Below are positions 1-13,614 of a stretch of DNA of 64,000 bases, one piece after another. Each line of letters begins with the position of its first letter. Positions within the stretch are counted from its first letter, which is position 1. A program made the translations under genes and the position numbers. Below the pieces are notes generated by a model. The model saw nothing but the letters and a program-made list of their open reading frames with translations, ran no database searches and was not told the DNA's origin. This DNA comes from Octopus vulgaris (taxonomy: Eukaryota), in the NCBI GenBank assembly GCA_951406725.2, contig OX597814.1:71362001-71426000 (forward strand), read 5' to 3'.

Positions 1-482
1 TAATGATGATGATTCAAGAAAGAAAACCAAGAGCCTTCAATTAGCTGGTAACGTTAAGCACTTGTAGATACAGTTTGTAGAAAGGCATCTATTGCTTGGG
101 AGACTCTAAGCAATGTCATCTTTATAGAAAGTTGAGGAATGTGATCCAGTTAATTAGAAGTTGCAAAATGCTTTTGTAGAAAGATCACAAACATCATCAT
201 AAACAGTTCATCAGCAGGTTGAGTTTTGCAAAAGTTTCCCATCTTCAAACATCTATAAATGCAAGCATTATACTAATTCATATGCAAATATCTTACAAAA
301 ATGTGCATGTTCTATATACAAAAGTTAAGGAAACTGCATACTTAAAGAATCAGATCCAACAAGTTGGCCCATATTCATGACTTGATAAAATAGAATACTA
401 TTGTTGTTTCAAATAAATAAAATGTGTTATCAGATATTTAATCAATAAAAAGCAATAATTTTAAGAACTTAATTATTCTTAC

Positions 483-640
483 CTGAGTTATAGAGATCTA
501 CAGCTCCTTTGAAAAACCGAGGTAGTGTAGCCTCAAGTATGGCAACAAAGTCCCCTAATTCTTCAGTGACGCCAACCACAAGATAGTTATTTACAAGGTT
601 GTATTTAGCTTGTTCAAGAGCCCAGCGGTAACCTGGTACC
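483..640 (-). CDS. HS2ST1: Heparan sulfate 2-O-sulfotransferase, internal coding exon (158 bp; equivalent to vertebrate exon 6)
   Basis: Minus strand reads gaacAG|G GTA CCA GGT TAC CGC TGG...AAC TCA G|GTaag. Translation (W)VPGYRWALEQAKYNLVNNYLVVGVTEELGDFVAILEATLPRFFKGAVDLYNS(G) matches the recalled vertebrate HS2ST1 segment WNVGSRWAMDQAKYNLINEYFLVGVTEELEDFIMLLEAALPRFFRGATELYRTG. Its first base completes the TG left by the upstream exon. Confidence 0.95.
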
Positions 641-2961
641 CTGTTCAATTAAGAATGGACATAAAATTAACTAAAAATCAATCAATTGAAAAGAAATTTT
701 TAAGAGAAAATATCTCAACACAAATGATTTTTTAGAAACAATATTTTTGAATTTTGGCGTTTGTTCTTTTGCAAACATTGCTCATAGGAATAATTTGCAT
801 GATTTGGTGACTGCTTTTTACAAACAATAATTAGCACTAAGTAGGATTAGCATATTATTTACATTGACCTAGGTAAGTATAACAAAGTACTTAAACTAAG
901 AAAGGAACAGAACAATTGCAAAGAAATGTAAAAAAAAAAAAAAAAAGATTTAAACCCATTATGGTTTTTAGTCTGGTCTCATAATTAAAACTAATCCTCC
1001 TTAGCTTATGAAGTAATTTAATGAGTTTTGCCAAGCAGCAATACTTAAAGTATTTTAGTTTCTGGAAAACCCTGTTAAATAGGAGAGACATTCAATATCT
1101 ATGGCAAGAAAAGAAAAGGAAATCTAACAAATCTTACTTGGATACAACTCCACAGACAGGATGTGTAACCCAATTCAACATGTCATGCAATGTATCAAAT
1201 AATGGTTGATGGATTACTTGTGAAACTAACACAAAATATGAACTTTTAACTACACAAGGGAAATTAGTACTTAGAATGTTTCCTATATCAATGAATGTAC
1301 TACTTCCAATATGAACTCGATATGTATACTAATCACAGTACTACTATTCATTTCTTAAGGCATAATAATATTGATTTTTATGTAAACATAAAACCTTTGA
1401 TACACATACATAACAGAAATAGAGGGTGAGTATATCCTATGTTGAAAAGTATTTTTGGACAAATTATTCTGAAAGAATAATGCAAAATAAAATAAAAAGA
1501 ACAAAATTAAGACAGATACCATTAAAAGTACATTAAAGATAATTCTGTTAATTTCTTTTCTATTAATGCCTAACAGTCATACCTTTACATGTAAAACTTG
1601 ATTTATAAATATAACTGTCCAAAACTCATATTTATATGGATGAAAAACAATATTAAATGATTTTCATGGCGTTTTCAAGAACATTGAAAGAAATGTATAC
1701 ATAAAAATATAAGTAATAAAATACAGAGAATAGTAAAATATTGTACAATGGAAGTTTGAATTAAATGAGCACTCCAACTGAAAGAGGTATCAGTAAATTA
1801 TTTCATAGTACTAAACAGACCTTAGATTATCTAAGGTCTGAGTGATTTTTAGATTTAAGTGGAACTGAGTAGTGAAAAGGGGCACTGTAGCACTAAGAGC
1901 CCTTACCAAAGTAAGATCGAGATAATATTGGATTTGAAAGCATCAGGAGGTTTTACCATAGCAGGACTTGCTTTTACCAATGTAGTAAAAATAGTGAAGA
2001 ACCAACAGGTTCACAAATCCATGCAAGATTTATTTAGTTTCAGCAAGATTATTTACAATGAACAAGTTGTTGCTGCTATTGAGTGGTTGTGTAAGTTGAT
2101 TTACAGTACAGCAGTAGCATAACAAAAGCATAAAAATTCAGAAACTCCAGATATGTGTATATGAGATTACTATTAAGTCAGTTCAGGGCAAATTTCATAA
2201 TTCGATCAACATTCTAGGTGTGGCATACAACCGTTAATTGGTGTATACTAACCAAAAATTAATGGTATATCAAACACATCATCCCAGTTTAAAGAAAGAA
2301 TGAAGTTACACCGAGCAGAAGCTATATTTAAGCAACTAATATAGTAAACATTAAGCAACAGAAAGTCAAAAAGAGCAACTGATACCATATAAAAAGTTTG
2401 TGGGTGTTTAGGTACATTAATAAAGAAGTGTCATAAAGCAACAACATATTTAAAAAAAACAGCTTTAAACTTGTTGCAGCTGCATGCCTTTCAAAAACAA
2501 ACTATAAAAATAAAGGAAAATATTCAATTCTATTTTTATCCCATTTGGATGATTCAGACACTAAACACTAGTAAAATAACAAAAATAAAAGCATTGCTTT
2601 TGAGAATTTCTCATTTAATCAATTAACAAAGAAATAATAAAGAGAAGTTTGATTGAGTAGTATAAAGTTTAACATTAAGCTTGGATAATTTTCAGCTGCC
2701 ATTTCAAGAAAAGAAATGGATGCAAATTGGTCAAATGATCATGGAGATGAAACATTTATATTGTGTAGCACTAGCACCATTTCTTATTCTTGGTAAACAG
2801 AGCAACAACAGTTTCAGAGCCAGATGCTACAAATACATTAGATTTGCGAAAACTCAAAGTACATTTTTAGATCTTGGCAGAAATTGAACACAGAATATAA
2901 AAAAAATGGGAAAAAATACCACAAGGCATTTTGTCTGACACTCTAATGATTCTGCCAGCTT

Positions 2962-2962
<1 letters not shown>

Positions 2963-3047
<85 letters not shown>

Positions 3048-3084
3048 TAATAATAATGATAATAATAATAATAATAATAATAAT
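2963..3084. repeat. (AAT)n microsatellite
   Basis: About 40 AAT units with occasional GAT; source of the poly-I and poly-Y ORFs in the track. Confidence 0.95.
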
Positions 3085-3089
3085 GATGA

Positions 3090-3650
3090 CAATGACAATG
3101 CCCAAATGCAATACCAGGCACTGGCTCTCATAGCTTCTGATTTTAACTGATTGGAAGTGTTATCATGTACATTGTTTTGTCTTGGTATAAAAGATGGGCT
3201 ACAGCAAATATTCTGTTCAGTACCACGGATTTGCTTGTCAGCTGCTTGACCATTACCAGTTGAGCATGTCCCTTAGTGGCTGATGATATGTGCATCTCTG
3301 ATCGCGAGCAGTAGTGGGGGAGCATCATAGTTATGTGTTGAGAGAAACTCTTTGCATTTTGAATAACTTACCTCTGGAAACATGAATGTTTCATTCAACA
3401 TCCTTAAACAACCCTTATTCAGGGTCTTTTGGGGGCAGGATGGGTTCCTTGACCAGAAGAAAATTCTAACTGGGCCTCACCTACAAGGTCATGTACAGTT
3501 TATCTTGATATGAGATCATTATGTCAAGCACATATGGTTGTGATGCATGTACCTGGTGTACCCTTATCAGATAGGTAGTCATGATGGGTATATTGGGCTT
3601 TTTATATTTGTACCCCAGTGTCACTTTGATGGCATGTGCTACTCTCTCAA
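3090..3650. mobile_element. Unclassified ~560-bp interspersed-repeat-like insert between two (AAT)n tracts
   Basis: Higher-GC non-coding block bounded on both sides by AAT microsatellites and SINE fragments. No recognisable ORF or TIR. Repeat status is inferred, since no second copy occurs in the window. Confidence 0.4.
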
Positions 3651-4149
3651 TAATAATAATAATAATAATAATACTTTCTACAATAGGTACAAGTGTATCA
3701 ACTCCAGTACTCAAGTGGCGCTTATTTCACTGACCCCAAAAAGATGAAAGCCAAAGTCAATTTCAAGTGACATTTGAACTTGGAATGTAAAAAGTCAGAA
3801 AAAATGACACTAAGCCTGTTGTCTAGTATAATAACAATTCTGCCAGCTTTCTGCTTTAATAACAACAATAATGGTTTCTGATTAATAATAATAATAATCT
3901 TTTCTTTATTAACCAAAAAGGCTTTAATCAGGACTCAAAATCATCACTGATGTACTTGTCAGTGATCCCTGTATTTCTCCTTGCAAAACCTGTGGATTCA
4001 GTTCATGGGTAGATGTCTTGTACATTATTTGGGTTTAATTTTCACTGCATCCTGCTTTAAAGAATAGTACATATAGAGTCATATGACCTCCCTCTCTCAA
4101 TGTAGGATATTTCATTTAAAATATTGTCCAGAACTGTCTCCTGTTCATG

Positions 4150-4541
4150 TTTACTCTTTTACTTGTTTCAGTCATTTGACTGTGGCCATGCCAGAGCACT
4201 GCTTTTAGTCAAGGAAATCAACCCAAGGACTTATTCTTTGTAAGCCTAGTACTTATTCTATCAGTTCTTTTGCCAAACCACTAAGTTATGGGGACGTAAA
4301 CACACCAGCATCGGTTGTCAAGTGATGTTGGGGGGGGACAAACAAACAAACAAACACACACACACACACATACATAAGATGGGCGTCTTTCAGTTTCTGT
4401 CTACCAAATCCACTCACAAGGCTTTTATTGGCCCAAGGCTATAGTAGAAGACACTTGCCCAAAGTGCCACGCAATGGGACTGAATCCGGAGCCTTGTGGT
4501 TTCTAATCAAGCTACTTACCACATAGCCACTTCTACGCTTA
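4150..4541 (-). mobile_element. tRNA-derived SINE, family 1 (CORE-like CTTGGGCAAGTGTCTT segment, internal (TG)n)
   Basis: Reverse complement of the copies at 5829 and 10143: A-box-like GTGGCTATGTGGTAAG, B-box-like GGATTCAGTCCC, internal GT repeat and tail GACTGAAACAAGTAAAAGAG. Confidence 0.85.
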
Positions 4542-5127
4542 TAGATTAGAAATTTTATTGTCTTTCTTGAGGCAGTGGTACATTATTTTTCTCTTCTCAT
4601 GGCCTTTATAGTTACTTGTGGAAGAATGGTTCCAGTTTGGTGTACAAAATGTTTCCAAGCCTTAGATCTCCCTGGAAAGTGTTTCATATTAAGAGTTTCC
4701 CTGCTGGACAAAACATTACCAAAAGTAAATTTATTGTTATTTGTGTTTACACCTGAAACTATGTGAGTGCATACCATTGATGATAAGATTTCTCTTGACT
4801 GAGTTAAAAGGATTGTATTTTCTCTCTGCTTGTGTTATATAGTTTGTGTTATAACTAAATTAGTGTTTTTTTTTTTTGTTTTTTTTTTTTCTTGGGTGTC
4901 TGACATGAAATGATTATGGCCATTCTTTTTGTCGGTGTCAAAAGAAAAATATAATTTTGTCTAAATGAAACTCAAATTATATTTTCTACTTTGTCAGCCT
5001 CTGTAAAAGGAAGTTCTTAACTATATAAAGTTATCTGTATGCAAGTAATTTTGGTCAAAACTCTATTTCATCTAGTAAAATCTTTGCTTTGAAGAAAGGT
5101 TTGTAAAAAAACATGCCTACTTCATCA

Positions 5128-5160
<33 letters not shown>
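5128..5160. repeat. (GAT)n microsatellite
   Basis: Run of GAT units. Confidence 0.85.
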
Positions 5161-5828
5161 AATAACAAAGTATAACAAAATAGTCAATTATGGGGCCTTT
5201 AATAGGATTACTTCACCAGTTAGTTTATAATGGAAAACTTTGGGTTTTTGATTTAGTAGTGCTTAGTTTCAGGTAGTCATCATCCTGCCATTTATTGCTA
5301 TAGTATCTTACAGTGGAGAGAAATGTGGATTGATTTGGGAGTTTGGTAATCTGTTCCACATGCATTGACATCAATGCAGTTGAAACAGATTTCGAAATTA
5401 TAAATGTATTCCAACCCATGCTAGCATGGAAAGCGGACGTTAAACGATGATGATGATACTTTGAAAAGGACAGGTTCTAGTAATGAAAATCATGGCACAC
5501 TAAGCCTAACAGCATTAGTCTCAATTATCTATGACCATTTGAGTATGATTTTATATATAAAGAATAAGCTGTGGATGACATGTTGCAGATGTACAAATCC
5601 TCAAAAAGGATCCAGTTCAACAGCTAGCAATCTCATAATGATGCCTGTTCTTGTAATCTCACCACTCTGACGGCCAGTTACTGTAAGATGTTACTGACAA
5701 TGACTGGAGAGATTGATCTTCTTTATGATGATAGGCTTGATCACTAGATAATTTAGACTTCTGATGGTGTAAAGGATGTATTTGCAATTCTTAAAAAAAT
5801 TAACTCAATAAAATGAGATAATGAAAGA

Positions 5829-6211
5829 GTGTGGTAAGAAGCTTGCTTCCAAACCACATGGTTTCAGGTTCAGTCCCACTGCATGGTACCTTGGACAAAT
5901 GTCTTCCACTATAGTCATGGAATGACCAAAGCCTTGAGTGAATTTGGTAGATGGAAACTGAAAGAACCCCCTCGTATATATGTGTGTGTGTGTCTTTGTG
6001 CCTGTGTTTGTCCCCCACTCACTGCTTGACAACTGGTGATGGTGTGTTTACATCTCCATAACTCTGTAATTCAGCAAAAGAGAATGATAGAATAAGTATT
6101 AGGCTTAAAAAAATAAGTCATGGGGTTGATTTGTTTGACTAAAACCCTTCTAGGTAGTGCTCCAGCATGGCCGCAGTTAAATGCCTGAAACAAGTAAAAG
6201 AGAAAAAGAGT
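5829..6211 (+). mobile_element. tRNA-derived SINE, family 1
   Basis: GTGTGGTAAGAAGCTTGCTTCC...GGTTCAGTCCCACTGC (B box)...CTTGGACAAATGTCTT...(TG)n...CAGCATGGCCGCAGT...GAAACAAGTAAAAGAG; colinear with 10143-10568. Confidence 0.85.
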
Positions 6212-6784
6212 ATATGTTTTGTCAATGAAGAAAGATGCTTTCCTTTCCTCTGATTGGTATTTTATTACTGAAGTTAAGAAATTTGCTGAACTTTCAAGTT
6301 CCTGCTTTTTGCTTTTTAACAGAAATCAGTATACACTGATATAATGAATTCTATCAATGTCTATATTTTAATTTAGGCCTGTTTTTATTTTTTTCCCCTC
6401 ATTCTTCTGGTAGATGAAATTGTATTTCCACACTTTTATAGTCACAAGTAATGATAAATTTCCATTGTGTAATATTTCAAAGAATACATTTAATAATGAA
6501 TTCCTGCCTATTGGATGTATTACCTGTTAGAAGAATATCTGTTACCAACTTTGTGAGTGGATTTAATGTATGATTGAGGCATGAAGAATTATTTTAAATT
6601 GTCAAGCAATGTTAGTGTGTTATTGTATCTGTTTAAATGAGTGTTGACATAACTGAAGTTAATGACAGATTAATGAAAGAACATTATAGTATTCTTTATG
6701 AAACTTTTCAAAGGCACCTGTTTTATGTGGGCAAAATAGAATTTTCCACTTGATTTTACATTGTAACTGACTTATTGCAGAACT

Positions 6785-6970
6785 TTGTTGTGTCTGGGGA
6801 GAGTCATTCTCTTTTAGTGCCTTATTACTTCACACACTCACCAGTTCAATTTCCACTCATTTACTTAGTCATTTTAGAAAAAATAAATAAGTAAATAAGT
6901 GGAAATTGAAGTGGTGAGCGTGTTAAATAATAAAGCACTAAAAGAGAATGTCTCTCCCCAGACACAATAA
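6785..6970. repeat. Fold-back palindromic element (MITE-like), ~83-bp arms and ~20-bp spacer
   Basis: 6785-6867 (TTGTTGTGTCTGGGGAGAGTCATTCTCTTTTAGTGC...) is the imperfect reverse complement of 6888-6970 (...GCACTAAAAGAGAATGTCTCTCCCCAGACACAATAA). Confidence 0.85.
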
Positions 6971-9452
6971 AATATGCTTCAACATACGAATTCACATAGA
7001 GTATCTTGCAAACCAAATACAAAAACGAAATTAAAAGTTATTGATCAAGTTAAATTACAACCATGTCAATCTCTTGAAAAAACATGCATGCACGCACATA
7101 AAAGTTTTAAGTCTTACAGGTTGCCACTAAATGTCTACTCTAAAATACTAATTAATAAAAACATAAAAAAATGGGTAAAAATGGAAAATATAGAAAACTG
7201 AAACAATGTACTCAAGATTGTATTTGTATGAATTGTGTATATACAGGATGTTGTTAAAGGGTGTGTTCCAATGAGTTGAGGTGAGTCATGATCATAAAAT
7301 AGTGTGGATTATATAGTGAGTGACACCCATAAGTCAGGCACCAAGAGAGATATAGTGCTGTTGTAATGTGATTGGTTGAAGCATGTGGTGAGTTGTGACC
7401 ATAAAGCACAGGGCAAATATTATATACTTTAAATGAATATAATGTTAAGTGAAGCAAAATGGTTGGAAAGGTGTAAATAAAGCAAAATTAGGACAAAGAA
7501 TTACATAAGGAAAGTTTTATGCATAACACATTTTTATGTATGCAAGACACCTCATCACCCTCTCATTTCTCCCTCTGTGGCCCAATGCCTCTTTTTTACC
7601 TTCAATGAACCTCTCCAGATTTCACTCATATTTGCTCTGAAAACACAGGATCCACCTCATCACCATTGCTACTCTGTCCCACTCTTTCTCATTAACACCT
7701 GACACTAATCCCTTCTGCTCTATCCTGCCCCTTCCATACTTCCCTCTCCCAACAGTATCAACTCTGTTACTCTCTCCACTACTGCCCTCTCACAACTATA
7801 AATTTGTTCCTCTCATCATACTTTATCTTCTCTCATCATCTTGCCTAACTAATCATTCTACTCTTTTCTCTTGTCAGTGTTCTGTACCATAACCCCACCC
7901 ACTACACTTTGTAAAATAGTTAACATTAAGAAAGGAAACAGCCGTAGAAACCATGCCAAAATTAAAACATTGGAGCACAATGTGGCCCTCCAACTCATTG
8001 GATTTTCTTGAACTGTTCAACCCATGCCAACATAGAAAACAGATGTGAAAAATGTATGATGATTATGATGATAATGATAGTTACATGTACATCAACACAT
8101 ATTCATGCACATGTGAAGTAATATAGCCACCATCTCTAGGTGTAGCAATGTAGCCACCTTCTCAAGGTAAACAGGTTGCAACTGTTTTATATCATGAATG
8201 AATAAAGAAAGAATACGATTTTCAATTTAATTCTATTTTTTATGATTTTCATCTTATGACATTTTACTTCATTTTCTACTTTACAACTTATATTTTTTTA
8301 ATGTATTCTATTTCACTTCACTTTATTTTATAATTTGATTGTATCCCATACATGCCAAACAATTTGCTTTCCATTTTAGGATCATGATTCACCAAATGTT
8401 GCAACTAAGCGAAAAGCCACACTGACAGTAACACTTCACACACAACCAAACAATTTGCTCCTTGGTTTATCAGCATGAGTTTCTACAAGCCTCAAGCAAT
8501 CAGAAAAACCACACCAATAGCATGATTCGCTGCTTTACAATACTGACTCACCAAACAGCTCAAACAATCAGAATTAATAAAGATACAGTGTGTGTGTGTG
8601 TGTATGTATATATATATAAATATATATATTGGTAATAAGTTTTTAGAGTATAGTATTCTACCTACAATTCTGATTTCACTCGGAGTGCATCTCTTGCAAC
8701 ACTCTGATACTTTAACTATGTTAAGAAAGGAATTTATTAAGTAATTAATAGCTTATAACAATCAAACAAATACTTTTCAGAATAACTTTCATGGATTCTT
8801 TAAAACATATACACAATGTTTTCATGTTAATTTATTTTTTGTCTATATAACTGCTGAGAAAAAATTACAAAATGAAGCCCTCAAAGATATATTAAGCTGC
8901 TCAATGTTATTAGTACATAATGAATTTTTTTCTCATTGTGATTTCTTTTATTCAAACAATCACACCTTATCATACAAATAGTTGAAATATGCTAATGCAG
9001 AGGTCTATGCATCGTCACTCCAACTGCTAGAAATAGCAATTAAATCTCTCTTACATCTTACATTAAGTTCTACACATTGGATTGCAGTCACTGGACCTTT
9101 GGAGAAAAAGTAGGGTGGTTATTGTTGGAATGCATTTGATCATAGGTCTATCTGATCAAGGCTGTATGTGTCTAAACAACAATAACAGTCAAAATTGGCT
9201 AAGTTACTACATAATAAATCTTGGTTATTTGGCATTCCAGGGACAGTTGTGCCAATACATCCATATGTAGCCAGATTGTTGTCTTGGTCAGCCCATTGTA
9301 ATTCTAGTTAAGCATACTTATAAAGTAGGAATTGCTAATGAAATACTGAGAAGCAAAGCAAAGCCACATATGACGACTTAGAAGAGATTAATGTCTAAAT
9401 AGGAAATAAACTGATTAGAATGTATACTGGTGAAAATAAAAACAACACTTAC

Positions 9453-9550
9453 CAACACTCAGCAGCATGACCACAGAAGAAAGGTATCTGCATCCAGAGG
9501 TTGTTAGGATCACAGTCCTCACCATTTTCTTCTACACATTCATCAAATGT
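9453..9550 (-). CDS. HS2ST1: Heparan sulfate 2-O-sulfotransferase, internal coding exon (98 bp; equivalent to vertebrate exon 5)
   Basis: ttgcAG|ACA TTT GAT GAA TGT...GAG TGT TG|GTaag. Translation [32 protein letters not shown](W) matches HS2ST1 [33 protein letters not shown]. Confidence 0.95.
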
Positions 9551-10142
9551 CTGCAAGAAAGAAGAAATGACCATATCAAAGTAAAGATGATACTGACATT
9601 GCAGTGATGTTAGTACTTTATGGAGAGAGAAGTACAGAAATGTAGACTACACAGGAATTAATAGAAAACAGTATAAAATGGAGATAAGAAATAGAGTCAA
9701 GACAGGAAAACAAAGTGGTAAAATTCACTGCAGCAGATAGTAGATAATGTGCACATAATGAAATTTGTAACACGTGTGATGTCTAAAATATTCAGAAATA
9801 GTTTAGGAAATACTATAAACACTGGGAAATCAAGTGTAACATTACAAATATAAAACAAACATTTTAAATGTCACATGGAAGTAAATGACAGTCTCAAGTG
9901 AAGAAGCATAGTTAATTAAACCAATCCCTGTATTTGACTTATTTTATCAATCTTCAAATGATTTCACACAGTCAACTTTTGAGGGTTTATTTTATTACTA
10001 GCCAATCTTATTAACATAAATAATGAGAAAGTATTTATACATGTGCATGTACACCACTAACACAGATGAAAGAGCTTTTTTTTTATAAATGAAATAACTA
10101 AAAATAACCAACATAATTATTTATTTGAAATACTGTTGGGAT

Positions 10143-10568
10143 ACTGGCATGGTTGCATGATAAGAATCTTGCTTTCCAACCACATGGCTCCAGGTTCAGT
10201 CCCATAGTAAAAGACCTTGGGCAAGTGTCTTTTACTATGACCCCTGGATGACCAAAACTTTGTGAGTGGATTTGGTAAACAGAAACTGGAAGAAGTCAGT
10301 TGTGTGTGTGTGTGTGTGTGTGTGTGCACATGCATTTGTGTCTGTGTTTGTCCTTCACCACCACTTGATAACTGGTGTTGGTGTGTTTACATCCCTATCA
10401 TTTAGTAGCTTGGTAAAAATTGACTGATAGAATAAACACCAGGTTTTAAAAAAAAAAAGAAAGGAAAATACTGGGATTGATTTGTGATTCATTTAACTAA
10501 AATTTCTTGAAGGCAGTGCCCCAGCATGGCTACAGTCTACTGACTGAAACAAGTAAAAAATAAAAGAT
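10143..10568 (+). mobile_element. tRNA-derived SINE, family 1
   Basis: Same head (CCAACCACATGGCTCCAGGTTCAGTCCC), CTTGGGCAAGTGTCTT segment, (TG)n and tail as 5829-6211. Confidence 0.85.
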
Positions 10569-11585
10569 ATGTGAATGTATATGTATATATTCTAAACAAT
10601 TTATATTGTATACCCCAACAGATATTTATGCTTCAGATTTTGCTGTCATAGCTGTTATGTTCATGACAATACAACATCAGCTCTTTAATATGCTAAACTT
10701 AGGTATACTAAAGAATTAAGGGGTTTCATAAAGATTGAATGTTATTGAATACAAAAATAAACTGGGTTGCTATTACTCTGAAAAAGTGTGGGCTGCCATA
10801 AAAAAACCTGCTAGGTTAAATATTATTCTTATTTCCTCACAGAACAATCTGAATTATATGAACATTTATGAAGGTTTTAGGTATTTACATTTGGATTTTT
10901 TTTTTATTCCATTTACAGATGCACTACTTTACAACAATAGCATCAGCTCTGCATTCTACTGACCTCACTGTTATGTTATACAAAGGAAGTTTACTAAGAT
11001 TGCTGACTAAGCAATTATAAATCTCAAGAATTTTAAGTATCCAAATCAAACAACAGAATTTTTAAAAATTAATAAATAAAAATAAATATTCTTTTACAAA
11101 GAATATCATACAAGGAAAAATAATATTTATAAATAAAGCAATAACAAAATTATTAAAAAATCTGTTTATTTAGGAATATTTGTATAAACATTAAATGGCT
11201 TGAAATGTATAAACTAAAATCAAAAGTGAATTATTACATATCTTAGTATGCATGAAATCTAAGTAGAATATAACAAAGTTTGACATCTAATTTAAATCAC
11301 AGTTGTCATGTAGCTATAACATTTATTTAACAGCAAGCAGTCTAAATTTGTCTTAACAAACAAAAGTTGCTTCTGATTATTTCAACAGACACAATACCAC
11401 CAAAACAAGAGAAATTCATTTCAGCTTGGGAAAAGTTGAAACAGTTTGAAAGAAATTCTTAAAATAGACACCTCACAGGCCAGATGTATTCATATAAAAA
11501 AACAATGTAAAGTTGCTTTCCTTATAACATTCACAGGCCAGCAAACGATCTTGCTGACCTGTTAATTAACATGACAATTCAATTA

Positions 11586-11619
<34 letters not shown>

Positions 11620-12514
11620 CCAGGTTTTGTGTACTGTGTAAGTGCAATTACAAAATTAAAAATAATGGAACTTGACACTTTAGATAGAGTAAAATATTTA
11701 ATTTATGTCTTTGAAGAGACTATGATCAGTTTATATATTGTGTGTTTGTGCAAGCACATGCATGTGCCTGTGTGTTTACTAAACTGTCTAGATACACAAC
11801 ATACACAGCAAAAGGAGGGAATGAGTAGAACATTAACACACACATAATTGCAAAGTGAGTTTACTAAGAAATTTTATTTGCATATTTCAAAATAACCAGT
11901 TTTAAACTACCATTACATATTGTAACACTTAAAAACAAGGGGGGACAGGGAGAGAGAGATAAATCAGACACAAGTTCAGCTAATCACATCATTTATACCA
12001 ATTTAACTAGAGGTTAGGTTAACCAATATAATAAGGATATCTTGTAATTTCTCTTTTGTTTGTGAGGAAATGCCAACCAAGTTTCATTAGAGTTCTCAAA
12101 ATTTGTTGACTTTAGTATTAACAATATACTACTTAAGTAAGATTTGGCTACAAAAGAATTTGTTGGAATTTTACCAGTAAAAGAATTATAAATGGTTGAA
12201 AATTAAAAATTAATTTGTTTAATTTGTTAATCAAGTACTTTCAAGTTACATTATGCTACAGATGAAACTTGTATAAAAAGTTATATTAGAAATATAGATA
12301 TAGAAAATGAAAACTATGTTCTTAAAAGCTAGGCATTCAACTTGGAAAATTTTCAGTATTTTTAGTATGAATAACTGATAGATTCAATCTAAATCTTCAA
12401 TAGATATTATTTCTCACTGATCACAAAAATTTACAAAATCTTTTTCCTAAATGCCTAAACAAGTTTTCTGAATTCATGAAATTGCTATAAAGGAAATATC
12501 ACATGATCTCCAAC

Positions 12515-12907
12515 TGAGGCGAGAACCTATGGAAGAGGTAGACTCAGTAAGACAAAGGATGAAGTGGTGAAACATGAACTTCAGATGTTGAGTCTCATGG
12601 AGTCTATAACAAGTGATTGAGACCTTTGGCAATTTGCTGTGCTTAAGAACCCTTAAGAAGACAAGTCAAGCCAAGTGAATATGTAGTTGTGGTCAGTACC
12701 AGTGACACGTAAAAGGCACCTATACCAGTGATACAAAAAAGGCACCCACTATACTCTTGGAGTGGTTGGTGTTAGAAAGGGCTTCCGGCTGTAGAAACCA
12801 AGCCAAACCAAACTGGGGCCAAGTACAGCTCTCCGGTTTACTGGAGAACAGTCAAATCATCTAACGCATGCCAGTATGGAAAATGGATGCTAAATGATGA
12901 TGATGAT
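12515..12907 (+). mobile_element. RTE-clade LINE 3' end with (GAT)n tail
   Basis: Homologous in reverse orientation to 13615-14060 (GGTTGGTGTTAGAAAGGGC...CATGCCAGTATGGAAAATGGATGCTAAATGATGATGATGAT). Confidence 0.7.
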
Positions 12908-13614
12908 TTGATAATCGTTGTTTATTATTAAATGCTGATGTTACAATGTATGAATATCAAAATGTTTAGGTTCTTTAAATAATTAACTGTTATAAAGAAA
13001 ATTTCCTTTTACTATAATGTTTAGGTGTTCGAAATAACAGAGAATTTTGCTGAACTATTTCATTAAAAAATTTATTTGTAAAGTGAAAATGATTTGGTCG
13101 ATCTCTGTCTTGGATTAAAGCAATATGAATGTTATGAATATTTTACTAAGTTTATAGTTCCAATCAAATTAAATATCTTTAACATAAGTATAATGCCACC
13201 AAATTTATAGGACAAGTGTAGTCAATCATATGGACCTGATTACTTAGGAGTTATTTTATTGATCCTTGAAGGATGAAAGACAAAGTTAACCCTGATGGAA
13301 GTGAATGATAGAAATTGACAACAGTAATTAATATAAATTGACAAGGCATTTTGTCCAGTACTCAACATGTTCTTCCATCCACCCAGTAGTGGAATATATT
13401 ATATTTTTAATGGAAATTGATTGGAAATAAAAATAGAGGCTCTTCAGAATTTTATATTAAACTACTGTTTGTCATTGATAAGGCCACCACGATTATAATT
13501 TTAAGGTAAAAGTTTATTTTCCTGAAAACTGCTTACAAGCACTTAGTTACTTGGAAGATTCAAAATACTTTTAAATTCACTATTTCTTTCCTAATGAATA
13601 AAAAAATCCACCTA

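Noticed and set aside
2854-3121. Poly-Ile and poly-Tyr ORFs
   Set aside because: They are translations of the (AAT)n microsatellite.
4575-4777. Short ORFs with SKAWKHF, reminiscent of a BED zinc-finger start
   Set aside because: No following CxxC/HxxxxH pattern or element ends.
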